The position numbers and the translations under genes are program-made. A model generated the notes under the pieces. That model saw nothing but the letters and a program-made list of their open reading frames with translations, was not told the DNA's origin and searched no databases. DNA of 64,000 bases from Neophaeotheca triangularis (taxonomy: Eukaryota), in contig BAAIJX010000035.1 of assembly GCA_054600435.1 (NCBI GenBank), positions 62,001 to 126,000 of the forward strand. The letters run 5' to 3'. Shown piece after piece: positions 23,052 to 36,294 of this stretch (its first letter is position 1; every line of letters begins with the position of its first letter).

Positions 23052-24938
23052 TCACACATCACTATGCCCACAGAACAGTCTCCGCCATCCAGGCTTCTTT
23101 TTCGGCATCCTCGAGCTTTCCTTCTGTCCCATGACCCCGTCACTAAGCGTAGTGTTGGTCGTGGCGCTGCTCTCCCTCTTATCCGCACTCGCCGGTCGCT
23201 GCAAGTGCACAGACTTTGATGCTTGCCCTGATGGAGTCGAAGTGCCTCGGCGAGCCTGCCCTGCTTCATTCTCATCAGGAAGCAGAGGCGAAGCAATTGA
23301 CGATCGTCGCGCGGGGATAGCCTCGGGGAAAGGCTCTAGACCCGATGAAGCAATGGCCGGTGCACTGTTGCGTGGATTTGCGGGTGGTTTATCTCGCAGG
23401 TCTTCTCGTGATGTTTCTTGCAGCTGGTCTCGTGGGGATAGCAGATCGGGCCTCCAGGTGGCTTGATTGTTGTTCTTTCGCCGGTTGCTGGCGGCTCGGT
23501 GGACCATGACCGTAGCCGAAGAGTCGGCGCGGGTACGCCCAGTTCGCCCCTGCTCGCTGCGTGCTGTTGAGGATCCCTCGTCGCTGGTGCTAGAGACGAT
23601 TGAGTTTCGGTGGCTCCTACTCATCATGCTGCTTTTACGGAAGATACCGGATCCTATGCTGCGAATCGAGTTGCGCTTCTCGAGCTGTGGTGACGCTGTA
23701 GCTGATGCTACGGCTTTACTAGGAGAGTTCTGAGCGCTGGCAGATCTGGATGTAGAACATCCTCTCTCGTTGTCGTAGCGGTAAGACGGTGACCAGTTCT
23801 CTTTGAAAGCGACCCAAATGCCTGTCACTGTGATCATAGTACGGGTCCGCTCATCCGTCTGAATTGGTTCGTCAATGTCTTCGTCGTCGACATCTTCGGG
23901 GACCATCGACCGCTGTCTCGGTGTCGACATGGGCGACGCGAGAGGCGTTGTGTTGGATTGGTCAGGCATCTTGTAAGTATCGTTAATGTCGAGGCCTCGC
24001 TTCGACAAGTTTGCAATAACCGGATGCCTCCTGCTATTCGGCGAAACAGTACTGAAGTTGAAGTTGTTGGGAACTTTGGTGCCTTCCTTGTCCTTCTTCG
24101 GCACCCAACGAAGCTTCAATCTCAATCCGTGCTCGTCGGTGCTGTAACATTCGTAGCCGCCATTGTTGTAGGGATAAGCCTCCCATTCCGACCTATCAGC
24201 CATGTAAATCTTTGCGTGGCCGGGAGGCATTCCATCTTCTTTTCGACCCCTGCAGATGAGACCTATGACATCGCGCGCCTCCTGTTCCTCGTCTTCTTCA
24301 TCCTTTGAGTACTTCTCAGCCTTGAGGATGACCAGATCGTTCTGACACAGGCCGTGCTTAGGTCCAAACACCCTCGCGATCGCCTTTTGAAGCCGGACGC
24401 TGAAGTTGGCTGACGGTATCACTTCAAACGCAGGGACCGGCCTTGCGTGGGGTGAGAGTTTGTGGAGTTGAAGCAGGGAGCGTGGTCGTCGGTGTAATTT
24501 CTGCCTGGTTGTTGACGTTGGTGGAGGATGGCAGATGCTGAAACATGTCTTTGGTTTGTTGGACTTTTTGCTCCTCTTTCTACCTTGCCCAGAGGTAATG
24601 CTACCCTCTCTCGAGCCGTTCTCGCTGATTTCCCTCGAGTCTGGCTCTGCAAACATGCTGACGGAATTGGTGCTTTTCGAAGGGGATGGTGGGCCCGAAG
24701 CAGATGCGTCGGTCATGACAGCTGCTAGAGAAGGTCGTTTCCTGCCGGATGCATTGACCGAACCATCCGAACCGTTAGGCTTGGAATCCGATGCTGCTTT
24801 GGTGCTCTCGTCACTGGCAAATGGATTCAGCATGCCCACCAGGTTGGAGGTGAAGCTAGGCGTCCATCGTGCTATGCCGCCGGCAAACCCGCTCCCTCCT
24901 GCTGCGTCGATATCAGCCGCAGCTGCGGTCGTTGACAT
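23052..24938 (-). CDS. Conserved fungal hypothetical protein (Ser/Arg-rich, about 630 aa)
   Basis: Long intronless ORF, first ATG at 24938; structured core LLQLHKLS..RPVPAFEVIPS...LRWVPK...FNFSTVSPNSRRHPVIANL...ITVTGIWVAFKENWS. Confidence 0.8.
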   Translation of the reverse strand: MSTTAAAADIDAAGGSGFAGGIARWTPSFTSNLVGMLNPFASDESTKAASDSKPNGSDGSVNASGRKRPSLAAVMTDASASGPPSPSKSTNSVSMFAEPDSREISENGSREGSITSGQGRKRSKKSNKPKTCFSICHPPPTSTTRQKLHRRPRSLLQLHKLSPHARPVPAFEVIPSANFSVRLQKAIARVFGPKHGLCQNDLVILKAEKYSKDEEDEEQEARDVIGLICRGRKEDGMPPGHAKIYMADRSEWEAYPYNNGGYECYSTDEHGLRLKLRWVPKKDKEGTKVPNNFNFSTVSPNSRRHPVIANLSKRGLDINDTYKMPDQSNTTPLASPMSTPRQRSMVPEDVDDEDIDEPIQTDERTRTMITVTGIWVAFKENWSPSYRYDNERGCSTSRSASAQNSPSKAVASATASPQLEKRNSIRSIGSGIFRKSSMMSRSHRNSIVSSTSDEGSSTARSEQGRTGRTRADSSATVMVHRAASNRRKNNNQATWRPDLLSPRDQLQETSREDLRDKPPANPRNSAPAIASSGLEPFPEAIPARRSSIASPLLPDENEAGQARRGTSTPSGQASKSVHLQRPASADKRESSATTNTTLSDGVMGQKESSRMPKKKPGWRRLFCGHSDV

Positions 24939-25008
24939 TGTGGTGGCTATTGTTGTGTTGCCCAAGTGTCACAGACGCTTGGAAACAGCATTCGAACGGC
25001 TGAGTCGG

Positions 25009-25014
25009 AAGAAG

Positions 25015-25044
<30 letters not shown>
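25009..25044. repeat. (AAG)12 microsatellite in the probable 5' leader of the minus-strand gene
   Basis: Perfect trinucleotide run read directly from the sequence. Confidence 0.95.
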
Positions 25045-25047
<3 letters not shown>

Positions 25048-26051
25048 TGGAGAAAGAGGAAGAGGCAGAGGCAGAGGCAGGCCTTTGGAACGGATAGATG
25101 GACGCAGGTAGAGTTTAGAGAAGTTTGGGAGAGAGCTGGAGGCTGATCAGGCTGATCGACGGGCTGCGTGCAAGCTTATTAGTAGTAGTAGGTAGATGCG
25201 AAGTTGGTCCACTAGATGCGCTCCAATGAGACAGCCGGGGAGGAGGATTCCGACACAGCCTGAGCCAGCCTTGTAAGGCTTTGCTCAGCTCAGCCTTGTT
25301 GCTGTCGTCTTTTTCGTATTACAGTTGTGATTGATTGATGATTATCCTATCTTCTGCTGATGGTAGTAAGTAGGAGGTAGGCCTAGGTAGGTGATTTGTT
25401 TAGGATTCGACGTGGCATGTACTGTTTTCGTATAACAAGCCTTTGTTGAGTAACCAACTTTAGCATGCAGTTTCTTCTCTTTTATTATTATTATTCTTAT
25501 TACTACTACTACAAGGTATTGTTCCACTTCTACGAGCTTTCCATGTTGCTTGGCTTGGCTTCCTAGTTCCTACCTATCACGATTCACGATTCACCTACTT
25601 TTCTTACCTTACCTTACCTTACTTACCTAGATACCCCCCCTCGATACCCGTCTACCCGGCGCCGACTTTCCGTGTACCTACCTACCTACCGTCGTCCCAC
25701 TTCAGCCCGTTTTCATCGTCGCCATTAATTAATCGACAGGAAGGACATGGAACAACTTTCAATCAATTATTCCAATTGCTATTCCAATCAATTACAACCT
25801 TGCCGCCTTGACTTCGCTAAGATAGGGGGCCCCACCTCTTTCGACTGCATGAAGGATCTCCGGCTTGCATGCACGCACGTGATGACATGTAGGTACCAAG
25901 CCCTCCCAAGCTTCCAAGCTTCTCTTTTTTCATGGCCCGCCGGTAAGGTAGAATCAGAGAACCTTGAACCCGAGGAACCCGAACGTCTTTTAGTACTACA
26001 GGTACCTCCATAATGATTGTGCAATCCTCCCGCATCCTTCAGGCGACCACT

Positions 26052-27546
26052 ATGGACGTGATCTACTCCTATCTTACACCGACGCGCATCGGGCAGCCTG
26101 CTGCTGACAAGCGAGCAGTCAACAACGTCCAGACCACACCATCTCGTTCCCGATGGCAGTTGTTGAAAGCATTTCTTGCGTGGAAGCTGTTGCTGCTTGC
26201 CATTGCCTGCGCCAGCCCAGGACCAGGCTACGATACCTCGACAGACATCTTTCTGGCGTCAAGCAACGGTGCACTCTTCCACAAGCTTGCTCAACACTTC
26301 GCAACGCGTCTTACCAGATGGGATGCCCTCTACTTCGTCAGCGCTTCGCAACATGGCAAGCTGTTTGAGCAAGAATGGGCCTTCAGCTGGGCCCAGTCCC
26401 AACTTTCTGCGTTACTGGCCAGGGGTGCGTAACATTTCTCACAGTACAAATGGTAAGTCCAAAGCTAAGTAGTGCGGTCCAGTTATTCCTCAGCTCAGCC
26501 CGATTCTTGCCCACGCCTCGTCCGGTATAGCCATTTCTCACATGTCCCACCTCCTCTCCGTGCTGGTACTTTACCAATTCGCGGTGGAGCTTTTGCCAGG
26601 CGCTGTCGACACGAGGAAGAAGTTGGCTCTCAAAGCAGCGTGTCTTCACATTGTTTCACCCGCAAGCCTCTTCCTCGCCGCTCCTTACAGCGAAGCAACG
26701 TTCGCCCTGTTCAATTTCACGGGAATGCTCTGCTATGTCTACGCGACGCAGACCTTCCGCGCAACAAGCACCTCGCGTAGCGTCTTCTGGACCTTGGCAG
26801 CAGGCGTGTCCTTCGGCCTATCTTGCCTCTTCCGAAGCAATGGCCTGCTCAGCGGTCTAATCTTTGCCTGGGATGCGGCGTCCATGCTCCATACACCGCC
26901 TCAAAGTTCTCAAGATGTCCGGTGCTTGCTCTCCACCATGTTCGCAGGCGTTTCGACGGGTCTTGGGTTCCTAGCCCCTCAGGTAGTCGCATACTTTGAG
27001 TACTGCACCGCCGGCCACACCAGACCTTGGTGCGATTGGACAGTGCCTAGCATCTACTCATGGGTCCAAAGCGAGTACTGGAATGTCGGATTCCTAAAAT
27101 ACTGGACGGTATCCAATTTGCCTCTTTTCCTGCTCGCTGCTCCCATGCTCGTGGTCCTCATTGGCACAGCCGTCTCAGCGTTAGGATATCAAGCAACAAG
27201 CAAAGACGATACTGCAAAAGGCAGCAATCGAGGGCCCAAGGACGAGACAAGCTCAGAAGGCGCCGCATATCAGGCTTGCGTCCGTCGCTTTGCGCTGCCG
27301 CAGCTCGTCCTGGCTCTGCTGGCGCTCTTTAACTTTCACGTTCAAATCATCACAAGGCTGTCCTCCGGATACCCGGTCTGGTACTTAATGGTAGCCGTAG
27401 CAATTGATCAGAAAGCTGGAGCGACGCAATTAGTTGCCACAGGCTGGCCGGCGGACTTGAAGACGGCACAATACGTTGTCAGAGGCATGATAATGTACGC
27501 ACTGATACAGGGGGGATTATTCGCTAGCTTCCTGCCACCGGCATAA
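26052..27546 (+). CDS. GPI18: GPI mannosyltransferase 2 (PIG-V/Gpi18)
   Basis: PGPGYDTST, RLTRWDALYF, EQEWAF, APYSEATFA, RSNG, YSWVQSEYWNVGFLKYWT, QIITRLSSG and C-terminal LFASFLPPA; one intron starting at about 26425. Confidence 0.93.
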
Positions 27547-27650
27547 ATTGCACGCTCGTATGCACCAAAGAAGAAAGAGGAAATTCAAACAGCCCCCTTC
27601 GGTCTTCCAGCCATACGCTCATCTGCTGAGACGACCGCTCAGCCCCTCTC

Positions 27651-28865
27651 CTACGCACTGACCTTGGGTGTAGCATTCATGTCAACCAGTATTTTGACAT
27701 GCTTGTCCTTTTCCTTGATCAAAGCCCAAATGCCATGCTCGACCAAGTTGTCCAAAGCAATCCGGCTCGTAATCATCTTCTCTGGCTTCAAGCTCCCATT
27801 GCCGAGCGCATCAATCACACCCTGGAAATCCTCTCGATTGTACCCCAGCACGGCCTGATACTTGGCCTCCTTGAAAACCAACCAATTCGGGTCAAAAGGC
27901 ACCGGCTTCTCCCAAATGGCCACATTCATCACCGTGCCCCGTGACTTGACCGCCTTGCACGCCGTTTCCAAGCTAACGGGCACACCTGCGCAGTCGAAGA
28001 CGATATCCGGCCCGTTCTCCCCTCCACAAAGCGCCCGCGAAGTGGCGACGAGGTCGTAAGTCGACGGGTCAAGCACATGGTGGGCGCCGAACTGGCGAGC
28101 AAACTGCTGCCTCTTGGCAGCCACCTCGCTCATGATGACGCGGCCCGCGCCGCGCGCGAGCAGCACTTGCACGACGGCCAGGCCGATGGGTCCGCCGCCC
28201 AGGACGAGCACTTGGGCATCGGGCGTTTGCGCCAGCGGCGACGAATCCACGGCGTGCCAGGCGACGCTCAGAGGCTCGACGAGCGCTGCAATGTCCAGAT
28301 CTACGTTGTCGGGGAGCGGGAAGATGGCGTCTGCGGGCATGACCACCTCTTCCGACATACCGCCACCGCCGCCGGAGAGGCCCACGAAGCCGCCGTTGTG
28401 GCAGGCGTTTTCGACGCCCGTGCGGCAGGCGCCACAGACCCCACAGTAGATGTTGGGTTTTACCGCGACTTTCTGGCCGACTTTGAGGTGTGAGGGGCTT
28501 TCGGCACCCAGTTGTGTGATTGTGCCACTGAATTCGTGACCCACTGGTCTTTTTGTCAGTGTTGCTTCGTATCTGAGCTCACGGCTAAGCTCTGCTCACC
28601 AGTTATGGGTATTGTTTCTTTGGTAACCGGATGGGGCGTCGTCGGTGCGAAGCTGGCATTGTACATTAGCTGCGGCTGCGACAAAATCCTGTTGGAACTG
28701 GCAAGGGCGCCCTTACGTTGGTCCTGCTACAAACTCATGGAGATCGGTACCGCAAATACCTACAAACGCAGGTGCAATCTTGACCTGGCCTGCGCGGACA
28801 GGCGCAGCTGGAACATTGTCCTCGATGCGGATATCTTCCTTGCCGTAATAACGTGCTGCGCGCAT
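27651..28865 (-). CDS. Zinc-dependent medium-chain dehydrogenase, (R,R)-butanediol dehydrogenase-like
   Basis: MRAARYYGKEDIRIE...GICGTDLHE; two introns between about 28715 and 28545; GHEFSG, the structural Zn site CGVCGAC-x7-C, LVEPLSVAWHAV and GGGPIG. Confidence 0.92.
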
Positions 28866-29915
28866 CTTTGAGGGAATTGATCGGAGTTCAGTAGAGATCT
28901 TACCGCGCGGCGTCGTACGGGAGGTAGGCAGAGTAAAAGACGAGAAGGATACTGGATGAGCTACACCTCGTCCACCTTACATACTTCATGTACTTACCTG
29001 CTTGTGTCCTCGAAAGAAATCACATGCCCCATCCCAAGACTCGCCGAGCCCCCTCTTGGATCGGCGAAGGTGGATCCCTTCGTTAAACAGCCGCTTGGCC
29101 GGCCTGGCCAGCCTATACCAGTGCTTGCGGAGCGTGCTCCCTCGAGGCGAAAGCAACGCATTGATGTCCGTTTCCACTTTTGAGGGGAAGATGCAAGAAG
29201 CGGCTGGAGATAATGCGGAGGTGGGGTGGCAGAGCACATGGTAGCGGGGAAACACTGAACAGCTCGGATAACCTGTTCAGGAAAAGCTGCTCCCATTGAT
29301 TCGCAAAGCTGGCCTTTGCGCCCTACCCAGATGCCAGGATGCCCAGGTACCTTTCTTATCAACCATCGCAATGCTTCTTTGGCCGTAAAATGTCGTCTCG
29401 GTAGCCAACCAAACTCTCTTTGCGTTGCTTGAATGCCTTCTTAGCGATGTTGCTGCCCTGGAGCTTGGAAGAGGCTTCGATATCGACAGGCTGACAGCAT
29501 GTAGTCCGGTACATACCGGAGGACGTCATGGGCCAAGGTTCCGCAGTATAACGAAGGCCTTCCGAAGTCGGCTTGCTGCTGTCCCCAATGGTCTCAGTGT
29601 TTTTATAGCTTGGAGGCACTCCATCACCGCGCGGCTTGCAATATACTTGAGAGAAGGTAAATGGAAGATTAGTATGGCTGCCGTCAGCTCCAAAGTTCCT
29701 CGAGCATTGCCAGGGGCAGTCGCTGTACGTCGCATAACCCATGTCCCAATTCACTCCATTACATCACCGGTGGACTTTAGCCGGGGCTCGAAGTTAAGTC
29801 CGGTTTCAGCATACATATCAGAGCTTCGGGGCCCTTTATAACCTCGAGCCATCACCATCAAGCTATTGGACTTCGGCGCAACTGTCCTCTTTGTTTCGAT
29901 CGGGCTTACTCAACC

Positions 29916-31079
29916 ATGGCAGCGACCAACGACGGCTCGGGAAAACCCAAGATGCAGTACAAGAACCTCGGCAATTCAGGGTTGAAGGTGTCAAAGGTTA
30001 TTGTCGGAGCAATGAGCTATGGCTCGTCAGACTGGCAAGACTGGATCCTGAACGAAGAAGCGTATGGTGCCACAGCTTTCAATGCCGGGGTCACAGGCTG
30101 ATTAGTCAAATTAGAGCACTTCCCATCCTCAAACATGCGTATGACTGCGGCATCAATACGTGGGACACAGCGGACGTGTACTCGAACGGTCGGTCTGAGG
30201 AGATCATAGCAAAAGCCATCCAACAGTACAACATTCCCCGGTCGAGACTCGTCATCTTATCCAAATGTCACTTTGGTGTCGACAACACAGGCGCGCAGCC
30301 GCGGATAGCGGCCATGTCAACAAACGACGGAGACATGGTGAACCAGGTGGGACTGAGCAGGAAGCACATCTTTGATGCTGTCGAGGCAAGCGTCAAGAGA
30401 TTGGGCACGTACATAGATGTCTTGCAGATACATCGTCTGGATCGCAATACGCCGCCAAAGGAGATCATGAAAGCTCTGAACGATGTTATTGGGAAGGGCT
30501 GGGTAAGGTATATCGGGGCTTCATCCATGGCGGCCTGGGAGTTCCAAAAGTGAGTCTTAAGGAGCCGAAGAGATACGGGCAAGCACAAGCTGATCATCGT
30601 CAAGTCTGCAGTGGATTGCCAAGACCAATGGCTGGCACGAGTTCATCTCGATGCAGAATTACCACAATTTGCTGTATCGAGAGGAAGAGCGAGAGATGAT
30701 ACCATACTGCAAGGCCACCGGCGTTGGCTTGGTCCCTTGGTCTCCAGTGGCTAGGGGTGTACTATGCCGTCCATGGAGCGAGCGGAGCACCAAGCGAGAG
30801 CAGAGTGACAACTTCCTCAAGAGTTTGATTCGTAGCCGGGAGACGGAGGTTGACAAAGCAATCGTAGACCGGGTGGAAGAGGTGGCCAAGAAGCATGGAG
30901 TGAGTATGACATGCATATCTACCGCTTGGTCGATTTACAAGGGCTGTTGTCCGATCATCGGCTTGAACAGCAAGGAGCGTGTGGAAGACGCTGTTTTCAA
31001 TGCCGGGTTCCAGTTGAGTGAGGAGGATGCGAAGTACTTAGATGAGCCGTACCTGCCCAAGCCAGTACAGGGATACTAG
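29916..31079 (+). CDS. Aldo-keto reductase (aryl-alcohol dehydrogenase-like)
   Basis: YKNLGNSGLKVS, DTADVYSNG, LSK, DVLQIHR, YIGASS, MQNYHNLLYREEEREM and PWSPVARG; introns 30062-30114 and about 30550-30604. Confidence 0.93.
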
Positions 31080-31209
31080 GCGCTGGAGATAGCACAAGCA
31101 CAAACATCTTCACCGGGGTCGCTCTCCACGACCAGCTTCGTGGAAACCATGATGGTGAGCAGCCTTAGCAGTGGTATTGCCGTGAGCATTCATCGTTTCA
31201 TCCCAGTCA

Positions 31210-31797
31210 TCACATCCACTTCGACGCAGCGTTGGGTATCAACCTCTTGTACAGCTCAATCTGTTTCTCGTGCCCAACGAGCTTCATCGTCCTAATCTCC
31301 TCATTCTTCTCCATAGTCCTATCAACCCTCCTCTTATTATCCGCATAAACAACCGTGTAATCCGGCAGCACTTCCCCAGGCTTGACCTCCTGCGACGGCG
31401 TAATCTTGCAGTACCTCCCCACCACAGCGCCCGCACCGACTCTTGACTGCGCACCAACGACACTGCCTTCACCTACGCTCTTCGCTTGCACCACCGCACC
31501 GGTCTCGATGGTGACGTTCGCGTCGAGAGCCATCTCGCCTTCGCTGCCTTCCTCTAGGCCTACGATCGCGGTCTCGGAGACTGTCGAGTTTTTGCCGATC
31601 CTGACCGACCCGTAATCGGCTTTGACTTTGGCATATGGGTGCAGTATCACGTTCTCGTCTAGCTCGATGAAGTGGGATCCTGTGAGCTGGGCTTTCTCTG
31701 CTATGACGGCCGAAGGGTGGAACTGGCACTTTGGCTTGACGCTTGGCGCAGTGCTCGTGGAGGGCGGTCGCTTGGATGAAGAGACTCTGGAGGTCAT
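31210..31797 (-). CDS. Dynactin subunit p27 (DCTN6)-like left-handed beta-helix protein
   Basis: 195-aa ORF with hexapeptide repeats (ILHPYAKV, IGKNSTV, VGEGSVVG, VGAGAVVGRYCKI) and EVLPDYTVVY. Confidence 0.8.
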   Translation of the reverse strand: MTSRVSSSKRPPSTSTAPSVKPKCQFHPSAVIAEKAQLTGSHFIELDENVILHPYAKVKADYGSVRIGKNSTVSETAIVGLEEGSEGEMALDANVTIETGAVVQAKSVGEGSVVGAQSRVGAGAVVGRYCKITPSQEVKPGEVLPDYTVVYADNKRRVDRTMEKNEEIRTMKLVGHEKQIELYKRLIPNAASKWM

Positions 31798-32211
31798 GAT
31801 GGATCTAGCCCCTAAATAGTTGACGAGTAGTCGACGCTGCCTTTACGAAGCTTGAATTGTTCAATCGCGGTAACGCGCGAAGCTAGCGCGACGTCACGTG
31901 CTGCAGTTTGGTATAGGTGTTTGCCGTGCAACGACATCAGGAGGTAGTTGCTCCACTGCGCACAGCGTGATTTTTGAGAAGATTTGGCAAGACGAGAAAA
32001 AAATTGCAACAATCTGGTCGCAAGGTCACAATTCCACAGCGAGCTACCGAAGCGAATGTCCTTCGAGACAGCGTGCACTCAGGACTAGCAAACCGGAGAG
32101 TAGCATTTGCTGATGCACCACTCCTCACAACGCTTCAGTATCTGCAGCGAGACATCCTCTAATACTCTAGCAATCGCTTTGAAGCCATCCATACGAGCGC
32201 AGCCCTCGTCC

Positions 32212-34857
32212 TCAGCAGTAAGGACCTGCTGGGCTTGTAGGAATGTCTCCGTTGGCGTTGAGGCCGAACTCGGTTTCTTCGACTACTCTGCGCCGCTTTG
32301 TGGCATCCACAAAAACCCCATTACGTGATACCTCATCAACACTGTTCATCTCAACGGCTGCGCGCTTGGCCGACGTCTGCTGACGAGAGCGCGGAGGGAT
32401 TGGCGTTTCTGGTACTGGCCCGGGTGAATTACCTTGTAGACTTGACCGTGTCCTCATGCTTGAAACAGGTTCTTTCGTGCCTTTGGTTAATGGCCTCCGT
32501 GGCGTCGTCGGTGGGGGTGGGCCCATAAGGGTATTGCTTTCATGCAGTTGAGATAAACCCTGAGTGAGGTCGGAAAGCTTAAAGACTGGTCTAGCCGGTA
32601 TATCATACTGTTACTGTTAGGAAAGAGTTTGGTCAACGGATCGGAGCTTGGACGCTTACATGATGTTTGATACCAGTCAAGGGGTCGAACAGATCCATCA
32701 GCATCCTTTTGTGGGCATTACTCTCGCCGACAGGGACGATGGTAGGCTTTCCAGTTGCAGCGTGCCCGGCTTTGTGGGATCCAGGAGAGGTGACAAGGAA
32801 GCCTTGCCCTTTCAAGTGGTCAAGAACGGGGCCGAGCAGGGTGACATCAAGAGCTGTTAATACGTCAGTCGCCAAACTCGCCTCTTTTTGTTGGGTCTAT
32901 CCATCACACTGACCTAGGTCCCTCGCAAGGTCACGTCTATTCCTGATGCCGTGCACGAATGCGAAGTACATGACACGGCGTCGCAGCGATAGTAGCTTGA
33001 GCTCCTTGAGAGTAGTATCTTCACGCTCGCCGAGAAGGCAGGCGTAGCAGACATGTTCAGTAGGCATTCGCGGATCGTCTCGGCGAATGAAACCATAGCA
33101 CTGAGGGTGTTGCTGTGTCTCGCAGCAGGAACAAACAATCTATGGCTAGTTAGCGAAAGCCACAATCGCAACACGTGCACATTATTACCATATCTTTGTC
33201 AAATTTACTGGAGCCGCATGTGCATTTCAGATTGAGTGTAGCGCCTCCGTGCGACACCGAAGCTCCGATAAGTCCACTCCCTGCCAAAGTCGTCTTCCTG
33301 AGCTGTAGGGCTTGCGCTGTGCTTCGGCCGAGTGTTGGCTGAGTGCAGCCAGCGTACAGGCCTAGTCCACCAGCTTTCTCGGGGGAACCATCGACGGCAC
33401 TTTCTGTCTCACTTGAGATGCTACTGGGTCGAATCGGATACGTTGTGTTCTGGACTTGGGTTTCACCTTGGCTTATGTATTCCGTCTGCTGCGCGTCGTG
33501 TAGAAAGCGTTTCATGAATGGCACATTGCTCGACTGTGTGAGTTGGCTGCTATCAGGCTGCGATTGCTTGCGGCTTGAAGCATTTCGAGTCGATCGTCTG
33601 AGCGCGGACACGCGTTGCGCTTTCTCGAATGGCTGCCGACCGGAGAGTGCAGGTGTTAGTGCCTCCTGCCTCGAGACAGGTTCGCCTGCTAATGCAAGTA
33701 CGCCAGCTCCCATGCTGTCAGCGCGGACGTGCGTATATGAGTCTCTGACCATCGTATCTTGGTTGATCGCCGAAGCCGTAGCCTCTTCTTCTAGCGCTGC
33801 GTCTGTGCCTCGCGGCATTTGCAAAGGTTGACCGTCGTTGCTGCTAAAAACGTCGTTCTGAAGGTAGGTCAAAAGTGCCATACCGCTTCTGGGTTGTCAG
33901 CAAGTCTTGGTGCCTTTTCTCTCAATGGAATTTGAACGTACTCATGAAGCCCGGCGCCCACACTGGTCGAATACGTAAACTTGTCCCACCCGTCCACCTG
34001 TGGGAAGACGGAGTCCCCAACAGCGCTCAACATCCAGCCCTTGTGAGGAGTGTTATTGTGTCCTTCTACGTGGCGATTCATTCGCATCGTCAAATGCCGC
34101 GTCTCAGGGAGCGGCGGCAATGTACCGCAGAGCTTTGTGATGCTCAGCAATGCATCACGAAGAGCTTTCTGGGACGCTTCAACCGTGATCACGCTTCCGC
34201 CTGGACTAAGCATATCGACACCAGCGACTCTTCTGGCACCTTGGCGGTCGTCAAGATAAGCGACCGAAAAGGAGTAAGTTTCAAGCACTTTCTGTCGATC
34301 TGTCTTGCTGGGATGAATGCGGACCTCGAGGCTCTCGAGTTCGCCTGCTTTCAGCGCATAGAAGACAACGTCCTGTTCGGGGTGATGTCTCAGCAAGGCT
34401 CCGCCAGTGCTAAAGTCCAGGTCGGACTTACCAGCCAGTTCAAACAAGCATCGGCGCGAGAGCTGCGGCCTCGCAAAAGAACCTGCGTATTCAAGGTGTT
34501 GTCGAGGGAGTCTTGTCGCTGGCTAATTGGATTGATTGCTGTGTAGTCACTATAGGTGAACGATCCATCGAGGTCGAGACGCTTCTGATCGAAGGCACGC
34601 TCGGGAAAGATGCCACTAGATAGGCGTCAGTCCGGCCCTACAACGTGAGAAAGAAGATGTATAGCCGAGAACTGACCGGCACCACGAGAGTATACTGAGC
34701 TGTTGTGGAAGGTCAGCGAGGGCCATGAGATGGTAGAAGCCTGTGAGAAACTTACACTGCCATGCAACAGTATTTGCACCGTTTCCAGACTCTGCACTAG
34801 GCTGACCTTGGTCTGCGTTTCGGAGTGCGCTGCGCGTGATTTCTGCACCATGGCCAT
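32212..34857 (-). CDS. HOP1: Meiotic chromosome axis protein Hop1 (HORMA domain, PHD finger, C-terminal tail); multi-exon
   Basis: N-terminal HORMA features (QSLETVQILLHGS|LSILSWCR|GIFPERAF; VFYALKAGEL; LETYSFSVAY; LPPLPETRHLTM); PHD CTC...CSCC...HPQC...CYAC across an intron; basic tail KRRRVV; stop at 32212-32214. Not every intron boundary was resolved. Confidence 0.82.
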
Positions 34858-36294
34858 TTTTCGTCGTGCTTCAAGACATGGACCGTTGAAGTAAGCGCAT
34901 CCGCGCGAACGAGAGATGAAGACTGGAGATGACCTTGGTGATGTGAGTCGTAGGTATTTTGGACATGTCCGAATGCGAGAAGTATCTGCGGAAGAGATGC
35001 GGTCTGAACGAGATACGCGGCCAAGGCAGCCGCGTTTGAACGAGGAAGGAGGCACCCGCTACCTTTTACCTACAGGCCCCTACCTACTAACAGGTACTCC
35101 TACCACCTACCCAAGGTAAGGTAAGGTACCTACCTACTTACCTTGACATCTGGACCAAGAGGCATCAAACTGCTGCGCAAAGCACCTTGCTGAACGAGAA
35201 ACGCACTTCCAAGTAAAGGTAGCAACCAGCTAGGCTTTTGAAGTAACCCTGAAGCACTTCTCAGGCAATGCAGACATTATAAGGTGCAAAGTCACAGTTC
35301 GCAAAGAAGACTTCGACGGGCCTACCTTATGTCTTCGCAATCTCATGATACCAGACTTCAGGTTGCCTCCTCGCCAGCCTCACCTGAGGTGGGCATGCAT
35401 CGTACCTCGACCGGGAACCGGCCTTCGCCGGTGCCAGCCTCCCTTTGATGCATTTCATCGTGCGTGGCTAACAAACTACTCGACTGTAATGTCAGTCTGA
35501 CTGCATTTGCTCGGACACTCCTGTCCATGCCGGGCACATCACCACTTACCTCTGCCAATACCGTGCTACACAGTAATCGAACGTACTTGCTCGATGCTCT
35601 GTACTCACTGAAGCTCGCCACGGGCGGACGTCCGACTGTTGTTCGCTCTCAACGTGACATGTCCGTCCGACCACCTTCACTTGTGGTAAAAGTCTACAGC
35701 GGCTGCCAAAGTGCAAAGGCAGTGGTTGTGTGTCGTTGCAGAGTCTCCCCTTTCATGTCACACCCGTGCTCCGCGGTCGGCTGTTTCGGGAATTAAGCGG
35801 ATGAAGATGCCTACAGGTTTTGTGTGTACTCGTACAGCTCCAGCTGTGCAAAAGCTCTCTCGTCTAGGCCTGGTCTGTCTGCAGAGCTACCTAAGAAAGA
35901 GCAGTGAGCTCGTGATGCCCGTTTTCTTGATTCCGCGAAATCTCGTGAAAAATCGTGACTTTCCAATCTTGAACGACTTCGCTTAACGACATGCTAATGA
36001 CGGTTAGGTGAGTAGCGAGTTTAATCACTGATAGCGCCGACGCGGTAGGTCAGACGTGGAGATCCCCTGCGGTGCGCGTGGAGTTAATTCTGGAGTTTAT
36101 TATTATAGTGTCCATGTCGCGCTGTGGAGCGCATGTTTCTATGTAACTTACCGTGTGCCATGTTTGTCCGTGATACTACTTATACCTGTACAGCACTCTC
36201 GACCGTCCCTTTTCGAGGGCTTCGCCACCGTTTGCGAAGTGTTGATACGGATCTATATTGAACACGAGGCGAAGCTTATACGTCCCTGCCGAGC

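Noticed and set aside
28994..29841. 125-138-aa ORFs between the MDR and AKR genes
   Set aside because: They lie in a divergent promoter region, overlap on both strands and have no recognisable domain.
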